Positions 19,814-29,866 of a stretch of 64,000 nucleotides of DNA are shown here, piece after piece; the stretch's first letter is position 1; each line of letters starts with the position of its first letter. The position numbers and the translations under genes are program-made. Source of the DNA: an uncultured Spirochaetota bacterium. Lineage in GTDB: Bacteria > Spirochaetota > Spirochaetia > SZUA-6 > CAVTHK01. The stretch lies in assembly GCA_963734495.1 (NCBI GenBank), contig CAVTHK010000011.1:384001-448000 (forward strand). The letters are read 5' to 3'. The notes beneath the pieces are model-generated. The model saw nothing but the letters and a program-made list of their open reading frames with translations. It made no database searches and was not told where the DNA came from.

Positions 19814-20770
19814 TCACGCTCCGCCCAGCGCCCGTGACGTCACCTGCCTCACGAACTCGGTCTTTGCCAGCGTGTACCGCTCGCGGTCCTCGCGGTGAGT
19901 CGCGGCCAGCCCGCGCTTGAGCGCCGCGTAGCGCGCGGCCTCAGCCGGGTTCGATCTCAGACGGTCCCTGAAAGCGATCGCGTCCCACGCCTCGTGGCCC
20001 GCGGGCGCCATGTGCACGTGGTGGGTGCGCGTTCCCATGAGCGTCGCCCTCTTCACGAAGGTCATGTGCTCGGAGTACCACCAGTACTCCCACGTCTCGT
20101 CGAGGACGGCCAGCGCTCTCTTTCGGGCTTCGACGAACGACGGAACTTCCACCAGAAGGTCGACGACCGGCTTGGCGGGCATGCCCGCGATAGCAGTGCT
20201 CCCGTAGTGCTCAATGCGAAGCGCGACGTCGGACCCGAGCCGATCCCGCAGCCATGACGCCATCGCCAGCGCCTGCTCCGGCCATGAAGGATCGTAATCG
20301 GCCAGCGCGACCTCGTCGCTCGCGCCCTGCTCGCCTGCGCGGACGTAGGCGTTAGCGGAGACCCGGAAATCCAGGAGGCCGGACGCCGGCAGGGACCCCC
20401 TGAACTCCCCGCTCCAACGGCCGGCGACAGCGGCCGATTCGACGAGCCACTGCCAGTCGATGGAGTCCTGCCCCGCGATGATGTCCACGCCGTTCTCGCG
20501 ACGCCAGAGCGTTCGCGAGCGGTCGTCGAGGTCCCACGCCACCATCCGGCGCGGGATGTCGGCGATCGTCGCGACCTCGATCCCGAGAAAGTGCAGGGAC
20601 TCTGTTTCGCTCAACCGACCCTGGTATCCGACGTACCGGGTGAGCCCGCCGGTGTGCTTTACCTCTTGCGTCAATCGGCGAAAGAGCTCCGCGTAGAAGG
20701 GCAGCTGTTTCTCGGGGTCCGACCCGAGCACTTGCTGTCCGCCGACCAGCCGGATGCGCGGCCGTCCCAT
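19814..20770 (-). CDS. GrpB/UPF0157 nucleotidyltransferase-fold protein with an extra N-terminal (GyrI-like?) domain
   Basis: C-terminal YDPSWP...IEHYGSTAIAGMPAKPVVD...HHVH...FRDRLR...Y..LK...YTLAKTEFV is GrpB; about 140 extra N-terminal residues. Confidence 0.8.
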   Translation of the reverse strand: MGRPRIRLVGGQQVLGSDPEKQLPFYAELFRRLTQEVKHTGGLTRYVGYQGRLSETESLHFLGIEVATIADIPRRMVAWDLDDRSRTLWRRENGVDIIAGQDSIDWQWLVESAAVAGRWSGEFRGSLPASGLLDFRVSANAYVRAGEQGASDEVALADYDPSWPEQALAMASWLRDRLGSDVALRIEHYGSTAIAGMPAKPVVDLLVEVPSFVEARKRALAVLDETWEYWWYSEHMTFVKRATLMGTRTHHVHMAPAGHEAWDAIAFRDRLRSNPAEAARYAALKRGLAATHREDRERYTLAKTEFVRQVTSRALGGA

Positions 20771-20775
20771 CGCTC

Positions 20776-22221
20776 TTACTTCCAGATGCCGTTCAGCTGC
20801 CAGATGTCGGAGGCCTCGAAATCCGCGCGCCCGCCTTGCGCGAACAGCTCCAGTTTCCTGCACTCGGTTCCTGGATCGAACACGTGAGAGACGGTTTCCA
20901 GTCCGCCGTTCAGGAACACCTCGACCACGGACCTGTCTAGAAAGATGCGCATTTCGATGGTTCGCGAGCTGCCGCAGAACTGCAGCTTGTGCTCGCTGTC
21001 GAGGATGCGCAGGCTGCCGCCGCCGTACGCGATCGCGAGTGGCTTGTCGGGGTCATGGCAGCAATAGATGTTCAGCCCGCAGGATCGGGCGCTGCCCGCG
21101 TCGATCCGCAGCGAGAGCTCCAGGGTGTTCGGCAGCTCACCCGTGACCCGGCGCGAAGCGTCACTGAGCGACGCGGGCTCGATCCGCGTGCGGCTCTTTC
21201 GCAAAGCCGCCGTCTCGGGCACCGGCTGCTGCAGGAGGCGGCCGGCGGGATCCAGCGAGATGACGCGCGGCAGGGCCATGCAGCCGTCCCAGCCGCCTGC
21301 TGCGGAGAAGGCTTCGAACCCGTTGATCCTGCCGAAGAGGAGGCAGCGGCCGTCGTCGTCGAACAGGATGTTGGTGCCGTAGAGCGATTTGCTCCCGGCG
21401 CTCTGATAACCGGCGTCCAGAAAGCCCTTGACCGACGGCGTGAACGACAGGCCCTCGAGGTCCAGCGCGCCGGTGCTGTATTCGGTCCCGTTCTTGTACG
21501 CCGAGGTGAGGAACACCCACCTGTCGCCGAGCCTGAAGAGGTTGGGGCATTCCGCGTTGCGGTCATAGATCGTGCCGAGGTACTTCCAGCGGGTGAGCTC
21601 GGCGTTCTCAGCCTCGTAGATCGGAAGAGGGTGCCCGTCGCGGCCGGTGCAGAGAGTGAGGTACTTCTTCTTGTCGTGCTCGAAGATGAAGGGGTCCCTC
21701 CAGTTCGTGTCGAACGTATCACGGGCGTGAGACGGGTAATCGAGGATAGGGTTCCCCGGGTGTTTCTCCCAGACAACGAGGTCGTCGTCTTTCGGGATCG
21801 CGGCCCACTGCTGGAACGGGACCTTCCAGCCTTCTTCCCTGTCGTTGAAGACGGCCGTGTAGAAGATCATGGGCCGCCCGCTCCCGGTCCGTGTGGCGCA
21901 CCCGGACCAGCAGCCCTTTTCACCTTTCTCCAGCGAGGGCCAGATCGCGGCGGGCAGCCGTTCCCAGTGCACGAGGTCGCCGCTCCGCATATGCCCCCAG
22001 TACATCCTTCCGAAGCGGGGGCCGTAGGGGTGCCACTGGTAGAACGCGTGATACATGCCGCCCTGACGCAGCAGCCCGTTCACGTCGTTCATCCAGCCCG
22101 TCTCGGGGCGAAAGTGGTACACGGGCGCCTTTGGGTCCGCGAGCGAGCCGGGCGCGCGCTCCGCGACGTCCGCCATGACCCGGGCGACGGCCGGGTTGCC
22201 TGCTGCCTCGTGCTTGTCCAC
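20776..22221 (-). CDS. Glycoside hydrolase family 32 (beta-fructofuranosidase/levanase-like)
   Basis: WMNDVNG nucleophile motif, WGH, WSG, RDP, ECP and C-terminal DRSVVEVF. Confidence 0.92.
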   Translation of the reverse strand: MDKHEAAGNPAVARVMADVAERAPGSLADPKAPVYHFRPETGWMNDVNGLLRQGGMYHAFYQWHPYGPRFGRMYWGHMRSGDLVHWERLPAAIWPSLEKGEKGCWSGCATRTGSGRPMIFYTAVFNDREEGWKVPFQQWAAIPKDDDLVVWEKHPGNPILDYPSHARDTFDTNWRDPFIFEHDKKKYLTLCTGRDGHPLPIYEAENAELTRWKYLGTIYDRNAECPNLFRLGDRWVFLTSAYKNGTEYSTGALDLEGLSFTPSVKGFLDAGYQSAGSKSLYGTNILFDDDGRCLLFGRINGFEAFSAAGGWDGCMALPRVISLDPAGRLLQQPVPETAALRKSRTRIEPASLSDASRRVTGELPNTLELSLRIDAGSARSCGLNIYCCHDPDKPLAIAYGGGSLRILDSEHKLQFCGSSRTIEMRIFLDRSVVEVFLNGGLETVSHVFDPGTECRKLELFAQGGRADFEASDIWQLNGIWK

Positions 22222-22336
22222 TGCCGTGCCTCGTGATCGCCGCGTCGTTTCCCGGCGGCAACGCCAGTATAGCGCGCGTCCTGACCGTGGTGACAGCGAG
22301 GCCGCGGACCCTATACTCTGCGCACAGAGAGGTCAC

Positions 22337-23392
22337 ATGCTGCTGCCTTCACCCGGCTCTCCCGTCTTCTTCGAGAGGAACCGCGTGGCCCGCGTTTATC
22401 GCGGAGGACGGCTCTTCCACGAGCTCTTCGGCGACCCCGCCGAGGACGGTCTGCTGCCGGAGGAGTGGATCGCTTCCACGGTGCGCGCTCTCAATCGCGA
22501 AGGGGGCGACCCGCTGGAAGGAGTGTCCATCCTCGAAAGCGCGGACCTGCCGTTCACCCGATACCTGGAGGAGCGCCCCGCAGCCCTCGGCGGGAGGAGC
22601 GATCTCGGGATCCTGGTCAAGGCGCTCGACAGCGCGATCCGCCTGCCGGTCCAGACCCATCCGGACAAGGCGTTCGCGCGCCGGCACTTCGGAAGCAGCC
22701 ACGGCAAGACCGAGATGTGGGTCGTGCTCGCGACGCGCGGCGAAGGGGCAAAGATCCACTTCGGGTTCAAGGAGCCGGTCTCCCACGCGAGGTTCGCCGA
22801 AGCGGTGCGCGCGAGCGAGACCGATCCGGGGGCGATGCCCGGGCTGCTGAACGAGGTGCCCGCGCGCCCGGGCGACGTCTACCTCATCCCGCCGCGCGTG
22901 GTCCATGCGATCGGAGCCGGCTGCCTGATCCTCGAGGTGCAGGAGCCGACGGACTTTACCCTGCAGCCCGAGGCCTGGTGCGGCGACTACAGGCTCAACG
23001 AGCGGGAGAAATACCTCGGGCTGGACGTCGAGACAGCGCTGGAGTGCTTCGATTTCGAAGACCTTGTGGGTGAGAAGGCGGTCCGCCGCGGCCGCATGAT
23101 CCCCCGCGTCGTCGAGAGCTCCGGCGCCGCGACCGTCGAAGAGCTGGTGTCGTTCGAGCATACGCCCGACTTCGCGGTAAACCGACGCCGGCTGCGCCGC
23201 GGCTCCGCCGCGCTGGGCGCGGGGCCGGCAGTCATCGTCGTCACGGACGGCGCCGGGATGCTCGCGGCGCCGGGCGGGTCGCGAGCGATCGGCAAAGGGA
23301 GCTACTTCTTCCAGCCTGCGGACGCTGTCGACGTCGAGATCGCGACGGACGGGTTCCTGGAGATCGTCGAGTGCCTGCCACCCCGGGCCTGA
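22337..23392 (+). CDS. Class I mannose-6-phosphate isomerase-like cupin protein
   Basis: LVKALDS..RLPVQTHP, KTEMW and HAIGAG.LILEVQEPTD motifs; AGAGG RBS; upstream GTGACA-N16-TATACT. Confidence 0.85.
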   Translation: MLLPSPGSPVFFERNRVARVYRGGRLFHELFGDPAEDGLLPEEWIASTVRALNREGGDPLEGVSILESADLPFTRYLEERPAALGGRSDLGILVKALDSAIRLPVQTHPDKAFARRHFGSSHGKTEMWVVLATRGEGAKIHFGFKEPVSHARFAEAVRASETDPGAMPGLLNEVPARPGDVYLIPPRVVHAIGAGCLILEVQEPTDFTLQPEAWCGDYRLNEREKYLGLDVETALECFDFEDLVGEKAVRRGRMIPRVVESSGAATVEELVSFEHTPDFAVNRRRLRRGSAALGAGPAVIVVTDGAGMLAAPGGSRAIGKGSYFFQPADAVDVEIATDGFLEIVECLPPRA

Positions 23393-23404
23393 AGCGCCGG
23401 TGGC

Positions 23405-24043
23405 TTACAGCCGCGCGACAAAAGCGTCGACCGCCTCGATCGCCCGCTCGATCAGCTGCGCCTCGCTCGCCGGCGCGCCCCGGGGCGGCTTGTACGAGTG
23501 GTCGCCGCCCTCCAGGTACTCGATGCGGATCGAAGGGGAGAGCTTGTAGGCCGCGATTTCATCGCGGCTGCCGAAGGCGTCGCGGGTGCCCTGTGCGATG
23601 AGCGCCGGCGTGCGCATCTTCTCCAGGTGCGCGACGCGCAGCTTGTCGGGCTGGCCCGGGGGGTGGAACGGGTAGCCGAGGCAGACGAGCCCCGCGACCG
23701 CGGCTGAGTCCGCGACCAGGCTCGCGACCCTGCCGCCCATGGACTTGCCGCCGATGACGAGCGACCCGGGATCGCCGGCGCGCTCGATCACGCTCGCGTA
23801 CTCGCCGGTCAGCCGCTCCGCGAGCCCCGGCCCCTTCCTCGCCCCGGTCGCGCGGCGCGCGTGCATGTAGGCGAACTCGAAGCGGATGACGCACCGTCCT
23901 CTCTCGGCGAGCCCACGCGCCACCTTGTTCATGAACGGGCTGTCCATGGGAGCGCCCGCGCCGTGGGCGAGGATGACGAGGGGCCGGGCCGCCGGGTCTC
24001 CGTCCACCATCCAGTCGGCGGGCCAGTCGCGCGATCGAGCCAT
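23405..24043 (-). CDS. Alpha/beta hydrolase (KANL3/Tex30-like)
   Basis: LAHGAGAPMDS, GGKSMGGR, LGYPFHPPG, QGTRD.FG and GDHS motifs. Confidence 0.88.
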   Translation of the reverse strand: MARSRDWPADWMVDGDPAARPLVILAHGAGAPMDSPFMNKVARGLAERGRCVIRFEFAYMHARRATGARKGPGLAERLTGEYASVIERAGDPGSLVIGGKSMGGRVASLVADSAAVAGLVCLGYPFHPPGQPDKLRVAHLEKMRTPALIAQGTRDAFGSRDEIAAYKLSPSIRIEYLEGGDHSYKPPRGAPASEAQLIERAIEAVDAFVARL

Positions 24044-24191
24044 GCGTCCAAAGGTAAGGCGCCGGGGCCCCGCGATCAAGGCGCCTGCGCGCGCGGGCTC
24101 GGGTGTCGGGCCCTCCTGCCACGTCGTTTTCATTGACAGGTGGGGGCCCGTGTGTTAATCCAGTGAAAGGTAATCCGAAGGAGGTCGACAC

Positions 24192-25511
24192 ATGAGAAAC
24201 CGCGCAAAGACGGCCCTGCTCGCCGCCGTCCTGATCCTGCTGGCGCCCGCGCTGGCCCTGGCCGGCGGGGCAGGCGAGGGAAAGGCGTCCGCCCCGGCGA
24301 AGATCACGTTGTGGAGCGGCTACCCCGAGCTGCAGGGGTTCTACGAGAGCGTGGTCAAGGACTTCACCGCGCAGAATCCCGGCATCACGGTCGAAGTGCA
24401 GACGTTCGCGCTCGCCGACCTCGACAAGAAGCTCGGCATGTCGATCCCGTCGAGCACCGCGGCCGACGTGCTCGAGCTGATCAGCGTGCAGTCCTTTCCC
24501 TGGGCCTCCAAGTTCTTCACCGAGGTCCCGGCGGCCGTCAAGGACGGCGTGATGAAGGTCGTCAACAAGGAGTACCTGCACGACGTGACCTACGGCGGCA
24601 AGATGATGGGCGTCCCGTTCTGTTTCTACAGCGAGGTCCTCTACTACAACAAGGACATGCTGGCAGAGGGCGGTTATACGAAGGCGCCCGACACCATGGA
24701 CCAGCTCGTCGAGTACGCCCGCAAGCTCACCAAGTACGACCCGCAGGGCACGGTGGCGCGCTCGGGCATCTCGCTCCGTTTCGCGGGCAACCCTTCGGGG
24801 ACCGCCGAGAAGTTCTGGGCGCTCGGCCTGCTTCCCTGGGGAGGGGACATCCTCACCGAGAGCACGGCGACCCCCGGCAAGTTCCACGCGGGCTTCGGCA
24901 ACGACGCGGGATACAAGGGCCTCAGCCTGTACCTCGACCTCGTGTACAAGCACAAGGTGACCGACTTCAACATCAAGCAGGACGCCGAGGGGTTCGCCCA
25001 GGGCAAGGCCGCGATGTTCGAGCGCGAGCAGTGGGTAGTCGGGACGCTCAAGCAGACCGCGCCGACGCTCAACTACGACGCCTCCGCGCTGCCCAAGGGC
25101 AGCCGCAGGGCCACGTTCGCCATTACCAGGAACATGTTCGTCCCTCAGGCGGCCAAGAGCAAGGATGCGGCCTGGAAGTTCATCGCCTACTTCTACTCGA
25201 AGCCCGTGATGGAGCGCATGGTCAAGGAGACCGGCTGGCTCTCGACGCGGGCCGACCTGGACTACGCCGTCCTGCTCAAGCCGAGCCCGCAGCTTCTGGC
25301 AGGCATCAACAACCCGCCGGACCTGCAGTTCGTGTGGCAGAAGCGGCTCACCGTCGAGAACGGGATCATGAACAAGATCGGCGAGACGCTGACGCAGCTC
25401 TTCCGCGACGCTTCGCTCACCGGCAACGAGGCGAAGATCCGGGAGGCCGTCAAGAAGATGGCGGATGCCGCGGACGGCACGCTCAAGGAGGCGGGGCTCT
25501 ACGCCCCGTAG
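24192..25511 (+). CDS. Sugar ABC transporter extracellular solute-binding protein (family 1)
   Basis: AAGGAGG RBS, signal peptide, LYYNKDML, FAQGKAAM and AAWKFI motifs. Confidence 0.92.
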   Translation: MRNRAKTALLAAVLILLAPALALAGGAGEGKASAPAKITLWSGYPELQGFYESVVKDFTAQNPGITVEVQTFALADLDKKLGMSIPSSTAADVLELISVQSFPWASKFFTEVPAAVKDGVMKVVNKEYLHDVTYGGKMMGVPFCFYSEVLYYNKDMLAEGGYTKAPDTMDQLVEYARKLTKYDPQGTVARSGISLRFAGNPSGTAEKFWALGLLPWGGDILTESTATPGKFHAGFGNDAGYKGLSLYLDLVYKHKVTDFNIKQDAEGFAQGKAAMFEREQWVVGTLKQTAPTLNYDASALPKGSRRATFAITRNMFVPQAAKSKDAAWKFIAYFYSKPVMERMVKETGWLSTRADLDYAVLLKPSPQLLAGINNPPDLQFVWQKRLTVENGIMNKIGETLTQLFRDASLTGNEAKIREAVKKMADAADGTLKEAGLYAP

Positions 25512-25575
25512 AGTCTCGGGCGGCGCGGCTCACGGCGGGACGCACCTCACCGTGAGCCGCAGCCAGGACCAGGCC

Positions 25576-26475
25576 ATGAGAGCGCCCGCACGGAAGAAGC
25601 TCTTCGACGATCGCGAGCAGATGCTCTTCGTCGTGGCGGCGCTGGCGCCGACCATGGCCGCCTTTCTGCTCATCCGCATCTTCCCCATCGGCCAGACGCT
25701 GGTCGGCAGCTTCTTCAACTGGAGCCTGGTCGACGGGTGGGGCGGGTTCTCGGGCATCCGCAATTACGTCGCCCTCTTCGGCGACGAGCTCTTCTACACC
25801 GCATTCCTGAACACGATGGGGTTCACCGTCTGGACGACGGTGTTCTCGGTCGTGCTGGGACTGCTCTTCGCGTACCTGATCAACCGCAAGGTGCCGCTCT
25901 CGTCGTTCTACGAGACCGTGATCTTTGTCCCCGTGGTGCTCACGTTCGTGCCCGTCTGCCTGGTGTGGCTGTGGCTGCTCGACTGGGACAACGGGTTCAT
26001 CAACCTCGCGCTGCGGGCCGCGGGCCTGGGGCGGGTCTCCTGGCTGGCGACCCCGCGGATGTCGATGGTCTCGGTGATCGTCGTGAGCATCTGGAAGGTG
26101 ATCGGCTACAACATGATCATCTTTGCCGTCGGCCTGAAGAACATCCCGCGCAGCTACTACGAGGCCGCGGACATGGACGGGGCCTCGGCGCGCACCGTGT
26201 TCCGGCGCATCACGCTGCCCCTCCTCAAGCCGATCACGCTCTTCGTCACCGTCATGTCAGTGATCAATAATCTCAAGGTATTCACGCAGTTCTTCGTCAT
26301 GACCCACGGCAAGCAGGGCGGAGGGGCGCAGGTCGAAGTGCTGGTCTCCGACATCTACTCGCGCAGCTTCGTCTACTACAAGATGGGCGTCGCGTCCGCG
26401 GAGTCGATGGTGCTCCTCGTGGTCGTGCTCGCGATGACGATCGCGCAGTTCAGGATCGCGCGGGAGGAGACGTAG
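25576..26475 (+). CDS. Sugar ABC transporter permease (MalF-like)
   Basis: WKVIGYNM, EAA motif (YYEAADMDGA), ITLPLLKP. Confidence 0.92.
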   Translation: MRAPARKKLFDDREQMLFVVAALAPTMAAFLLIRIFPIGQTLVGSFFNWSLVDGWGGFSGIRNYVALFGDELFYTAFLNTMGFTVWTTVFSVVLGLLFAYLINRKVPLSSFYETVIFVPVVLTFVPVCLVWLWLLDWDNGFINLALRAAGLGRVSWLATPRMSMVSVIVVSIWKVIGYNMIIFAVGLKNIPRSYYEAADMDGASARTVFRRITLPLLKPITLFVTVMSVINNLKVFTQFFVMTHGKQGGGAQVEVLVSDIYSRSFVYYKMGVASAESMVLLVVVLAMTIAQFRIAREET

Positions 26476-26479
26476 GCGC

Positions 26480-27302
26480 TTGAAGCGGACGACGAGCACC
26501 GTGCTGATCGAGCTGATCCTCGCGATCTCCTCCGTGGCGATCATCTTTCCGTTCTTCTGGATGATCAGCACCTCGCTCAAGACCGAGGCCGAGATCCTGC
26601 GGGTGCCCGTCACGGTGTTTCCGCACGCCCTCTACGTCGCCAACTACGCCAGGCTGCTCACCGACCCGCTGTTCCTGCGGTTCTTCCTCAACAGCATCAT
26701 CGTCGCCTCCGTGGGGACCGTCGTGAGCACCTTCGATTCCCTCGCCGCCGGGTTCGTGTTCGCCAAGTTCCGGTTCCCCGGCAAGAAGATGCAGTTCCTG
26801 CTGATCCTCGCCACCCTCATGATCCCGTTCCAGTGCTACATGATCCCGCTCTACGCCATGAGCGTCCGCCTCCGCTGGATCGACACCTACGCCGGGCTCA
26901 TCTTTCCCATCGTGATCTCGAGCTTCGGGATCTTCTTCGTGCGCCAGAACATGCAGTCGATTCCGGACTCCCTCCTCGAGGCCGCGAGGATCGACGGGGC
27001 CGGGATCTGGAGGGTGTTCTTCGTGATCGTCCTGCCGCTGTCGGTTTCGGTGACCGTCGTGCTGGCGATCTTCCAGTTCATGACCGCATGGGGCGACTTT
27101 ATCTGGCCCCTCGTGGTGACCAACTCGCAGACGGATGTTCGTCCTCGAGCTCGGTCTGTCGAGGTTCCGCGGCCAGTTCACCGACGACTACGGGCTGATG
27201 ATGACGGGCGCCTCCCTGGGGATCGTGCCCGTGGTCATCGTGTTCCTCGTCTTCCGCCGGTACATCATCGAGGGCATGACGCTGCAGGGGATCAAGGCCT
27301 AG
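26480..27302 (+). CDS. Sugar ABC transporter permease (MalG-like); frameshift ~27130
   Basis: PFFWMISTSLK, EAARIDGA, WGDFIWPL; the shifted frame gives ...LGLSRFRGQFTDDYGLMMTG...YIIEGMTLQGIKA*. Confidence 0.88.
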
Positions 27303-27306
27303 GCGG

Positions 27307-28063
27307 GTGAAGCAGGATTCGAGCAGGCCGGCCGGCATGCCCGCGAGCGCGCGCAGGCGCATTGGCGCGCTCCTCGCCCGCCTGCTGGACGCGTACGGTC
27401 CGCAGGGCTGGTGGCCGCTGCGGAGCCGCGCCGGCACCCCCGGCTTCGACGAGCACGGCTACCACCCCGGCGACTATCGCGAGCCGGCCGCCGCCGCGGG
27501 CAGGTTCGAGGTGATGGCCGGCGCGATCCTCACGCAGAACACCGCCTGGCGCAACGTCGAGCCGGCACTCGACGCGCTGCTCGGCGGGCGGCCGCTCGAG
27601 CCGCGCAGGATCGCGGATCTGTCCCTCGAGGAGCTCGCGGAGCGGATCCGCACGAGCGGGTACTTCCGGCAGAAGGCGCGCAAGCTGCGGGCGCTCGCGG
27701 AATTCGTCGAAGCCCGGGGCGAAGAGCCCCCGTCCCGCGAAGAGCTGCTCGGCATCTGGGGCATAGGCCCGGAGACCGCGGACTCGATCCTGCTGTACGC
27801 GTACCACGAGCCGCACTTTGTCGTCGACGCCTACACGCGCAGGCTGCTCTCGCGCCTGGGGGTGATCGGAAGGCGAGGAGAGCTACGACGGGATCCAGCG
27901 GCTCTTTGTCGCCGCGCTCGCGCCCGACCCCGAAGCGTACAACGAGCTGCACGCCCTCGTCGTGCGGCACGCCAAGGAGCACTGCCGCAGCGTCCCCGAC
28001 TGCGCCGGCTGCCCGCTCTCGCGTGGATGCCCGCGGCGCGGAGTCGTTGACCGTTCCCGCTGA
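27307..28063 (+). CDS. Endonuclease III-like HhH-GPD base-excision protein with Fe-S motif; frameshift ~27872
   Basis: YGPQGWWP, GAILTQNTAW.NV, HhH LLGIWGIGPETADSIL and VDAYTRR; the shifted frame gives HALVV...C-x5-C-x2-C-x5-C. Confidence 0.85.
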
Positions 28064-28083
28064 CGTTCCATAGATTCAAGGCG

Positions 28084-29050
28084 ATGAGCGACGACGACCG
28101 CCTTCCGTCGGGGACAAGCCGCTTCTACGCGAGCCTCTCCGAGATCGAGGATCCGACCCGCGACCCGATCGCGGCGCAGTACGTCCCGCAACCCGCGGAG
28201 TCCGACGTGCTGCCCTGGGAGTCGCCGGACCCGCTCGACGAGCGCCGCTTCGAGGTGGCGCCCCGCCTGGTGCACCGCTACCGCGACCGCGTGCTGCTGC
28301 TCGCCAATGACCGGTGCGCCGTGTACTGCCGCCACTGCTTCCGCCGCCACTTTACGGGGCACGGCGGCGGCCGCATCCGCGAAGGCGAGCTCGCCGAGGT
28401 CTGCCGCTACCTGGCCGCGCACCCCGAGGTGCAGGAGGCGCTGGTTTCCGGGGGCGACCCGCTGATGCTTTCCGACGCCGAGCTCGGCCGCGTCCTCGAC
28501 GCGCTGCTCGACACGCGGCCGGAGCTGATCGTTCGCGTCTGCACGCGCGTGCCGGTGGTGCTCCCCGCGCGCGTCACCGAGCCGCTGGCCGAGCTGCTCG
28601 GCCGCCGCGGCAGCATCTGGGTCGTGACGCACGCCAACCACCCGCGCGAGCTCACACCCGAGCTGACCGCCGCCGTGCGCCGCCTCATGGCCCACGGCGT
28701 GCCGGTGCTGAACCAGGCGGTGCTGCTTCGGGGCATCAACGACAGCGCTCGAGACGCTGGAGGCGCTCTTCCGCGGCCTGGTGCGCGCGCGCATCAAGCC
28801 TTACTACCTGTTCCAGGGCGACCTCGCGAGCGGGACCTCGCACTTTCGCGTCCCGATCGAGCGCGGGATCGCGCTGATGCGCGAGCTGCGCAGCCGCCTT
28901 TCGGGCATCGCGATGCCCGTCTATGCCGTGGACCTTCCCGGAGGCGGAGGCAAGGTGCCGATCGAGTCGTCGCTGCTGCGCGTCGAGGCGGATGCTTACG
29001 TGCTGCGGGGGCCCGAGGGCGGAGAGTTCCGCTACCCGCGCGAGGCGTGA
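28084..29050 (+). CDS. KamA family radical SAM protein (lysine 2,3-aminomutase/EpmB-like); frameshift ~28748
   Basis: HRYRDRVL, CAVYCRHCFRR, SGGDPL, HANHPRE and NQAVLLRGIND; then KPYYLFQ.D and DLPGGGGKVP in ORF 28781..29050. Confidence 0.9.
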
Positions 29051-29754
29051 GCCGCGACCCCCCGGCGCCCGTGCGGGCAGACGTAGACGCACAGGCCGCA
29101 GAGGCCTTCGCCGAGGCGCGCCTTCCGCCCGTCCATGTAGCGGTTGCAGGCGTGGGCGTCGTAGCGCACCTCGCGCGGCTCCGACTCGTCGAAGCGCGCC
29201 CCGGTAAAGGCGCGCGGCGGGCATATGTCGACGCACTCGCGGCAGTCTCCGCACCGCTCAGCCATGGCCGTGCCCGTCTCGAGCGGCGCGTCCGTCAGCA
29301 CGGTGCCGAGCCGCACGCGGGGCCCGTGCTCCGGCGTGATGAGGAGGCAGCTCCTGCCGATCCACCCGAGGCCGGCCAGGTGGGCGGCCATCTTGTGAGA
29401 GAACGCTCCCGCGAGCTTCTGAGAGTCGATGATGATGTTGAACACGGGCCACGCCCGGAAGCCCGCCTGCTCGATGCTCCGGGCGACCGCGAGCGAGATC
29501 GAGTCGAGCGTGCGGTTGACGACGTCGTAGAGCCCGCGATAGGTGCGGATCGCGACGGGGTCCTCGTGGCGGGGCAGCTCGTTCACGGTCCCGTCGACGA
29601 GCCTCACGCCGAACGAAACCGCCCGCGGGTAGCTCGCCGGGAGCGCGCCGCCCTGCGCCGCGATCGCCGCCCGCGCAGCCGACAGGTCCGCGACGCCGAA
29701 CACGGCAGCTCCCAGGTCCGCCGCGAGAGCCTTCAATTTTGATCCGAGCTCCAT
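29032..29754 (-). CDS. Epoxyqueuosine-reductase-like 4Fe-4S dicluster protein
   Basis: SHKMAAHLAGLGWIG...ITPEHGPRVRLGTVLTD, CGDCRECVDICP and CGLCVYVCP motifs; upstream TTGCCG-N17-TATAGT. Confidence 0.82.
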   Translation of the reverse strand: MELGSKLKALAADLGAAVFGVADLSAARAAIAAQGGALPASYPRAVSFGVRLVDGTVNELPRHEDPVAIRTYRGLYDVVNRTLDSISLAVARSIEQAGFRAWPVFNIIIDSQKLAGAFSHKMAAHLAGLGWIGRSCLLITPEHGPRVRLGTVLTDAPLETGTAMAERCGDCRECVDICPPRAFTGARFDESEPREVRYDAHACNRYMDGRKARLGEGLCGLCVYVCPHGRRGVAAHASRG

Positions 29755-29812
29755 GAGCGACCCCCTGCGCCGACTATAGACGGGCGCGCGGGCGGCGGCA
29801 ACGGGGGAGCGC

Positions 29813-29845
29813 AAAAAAAGCGGCGCGCCCCGCGGGACGCGCCGC
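29813..29845 (-). terminator. Rho-independent terminator downstream of the outer-membrane protein gene
   Basis: Minus strand GCGGCGCG-TCCCGCGGGG-CGCGCCGC followed by TTTTTTT. Confidence 0.8.
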
Positions 29846-29866
29846 CTCTGCTTTCCTGCGAAAAGG

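Noticed and set aside
24133-24159. TTGACA promoter upstream of the sugar SBP
   Set aside because: The best -10 (GTTAAT) is at 15-bp spacing; plausible but too weak to call.
28084-29742. 552-aa KamA ORF with a long extension
   Set aside because: After ~28748 it is out of frame and antisense to the 4Fe-4S gene; the true end is 29050.
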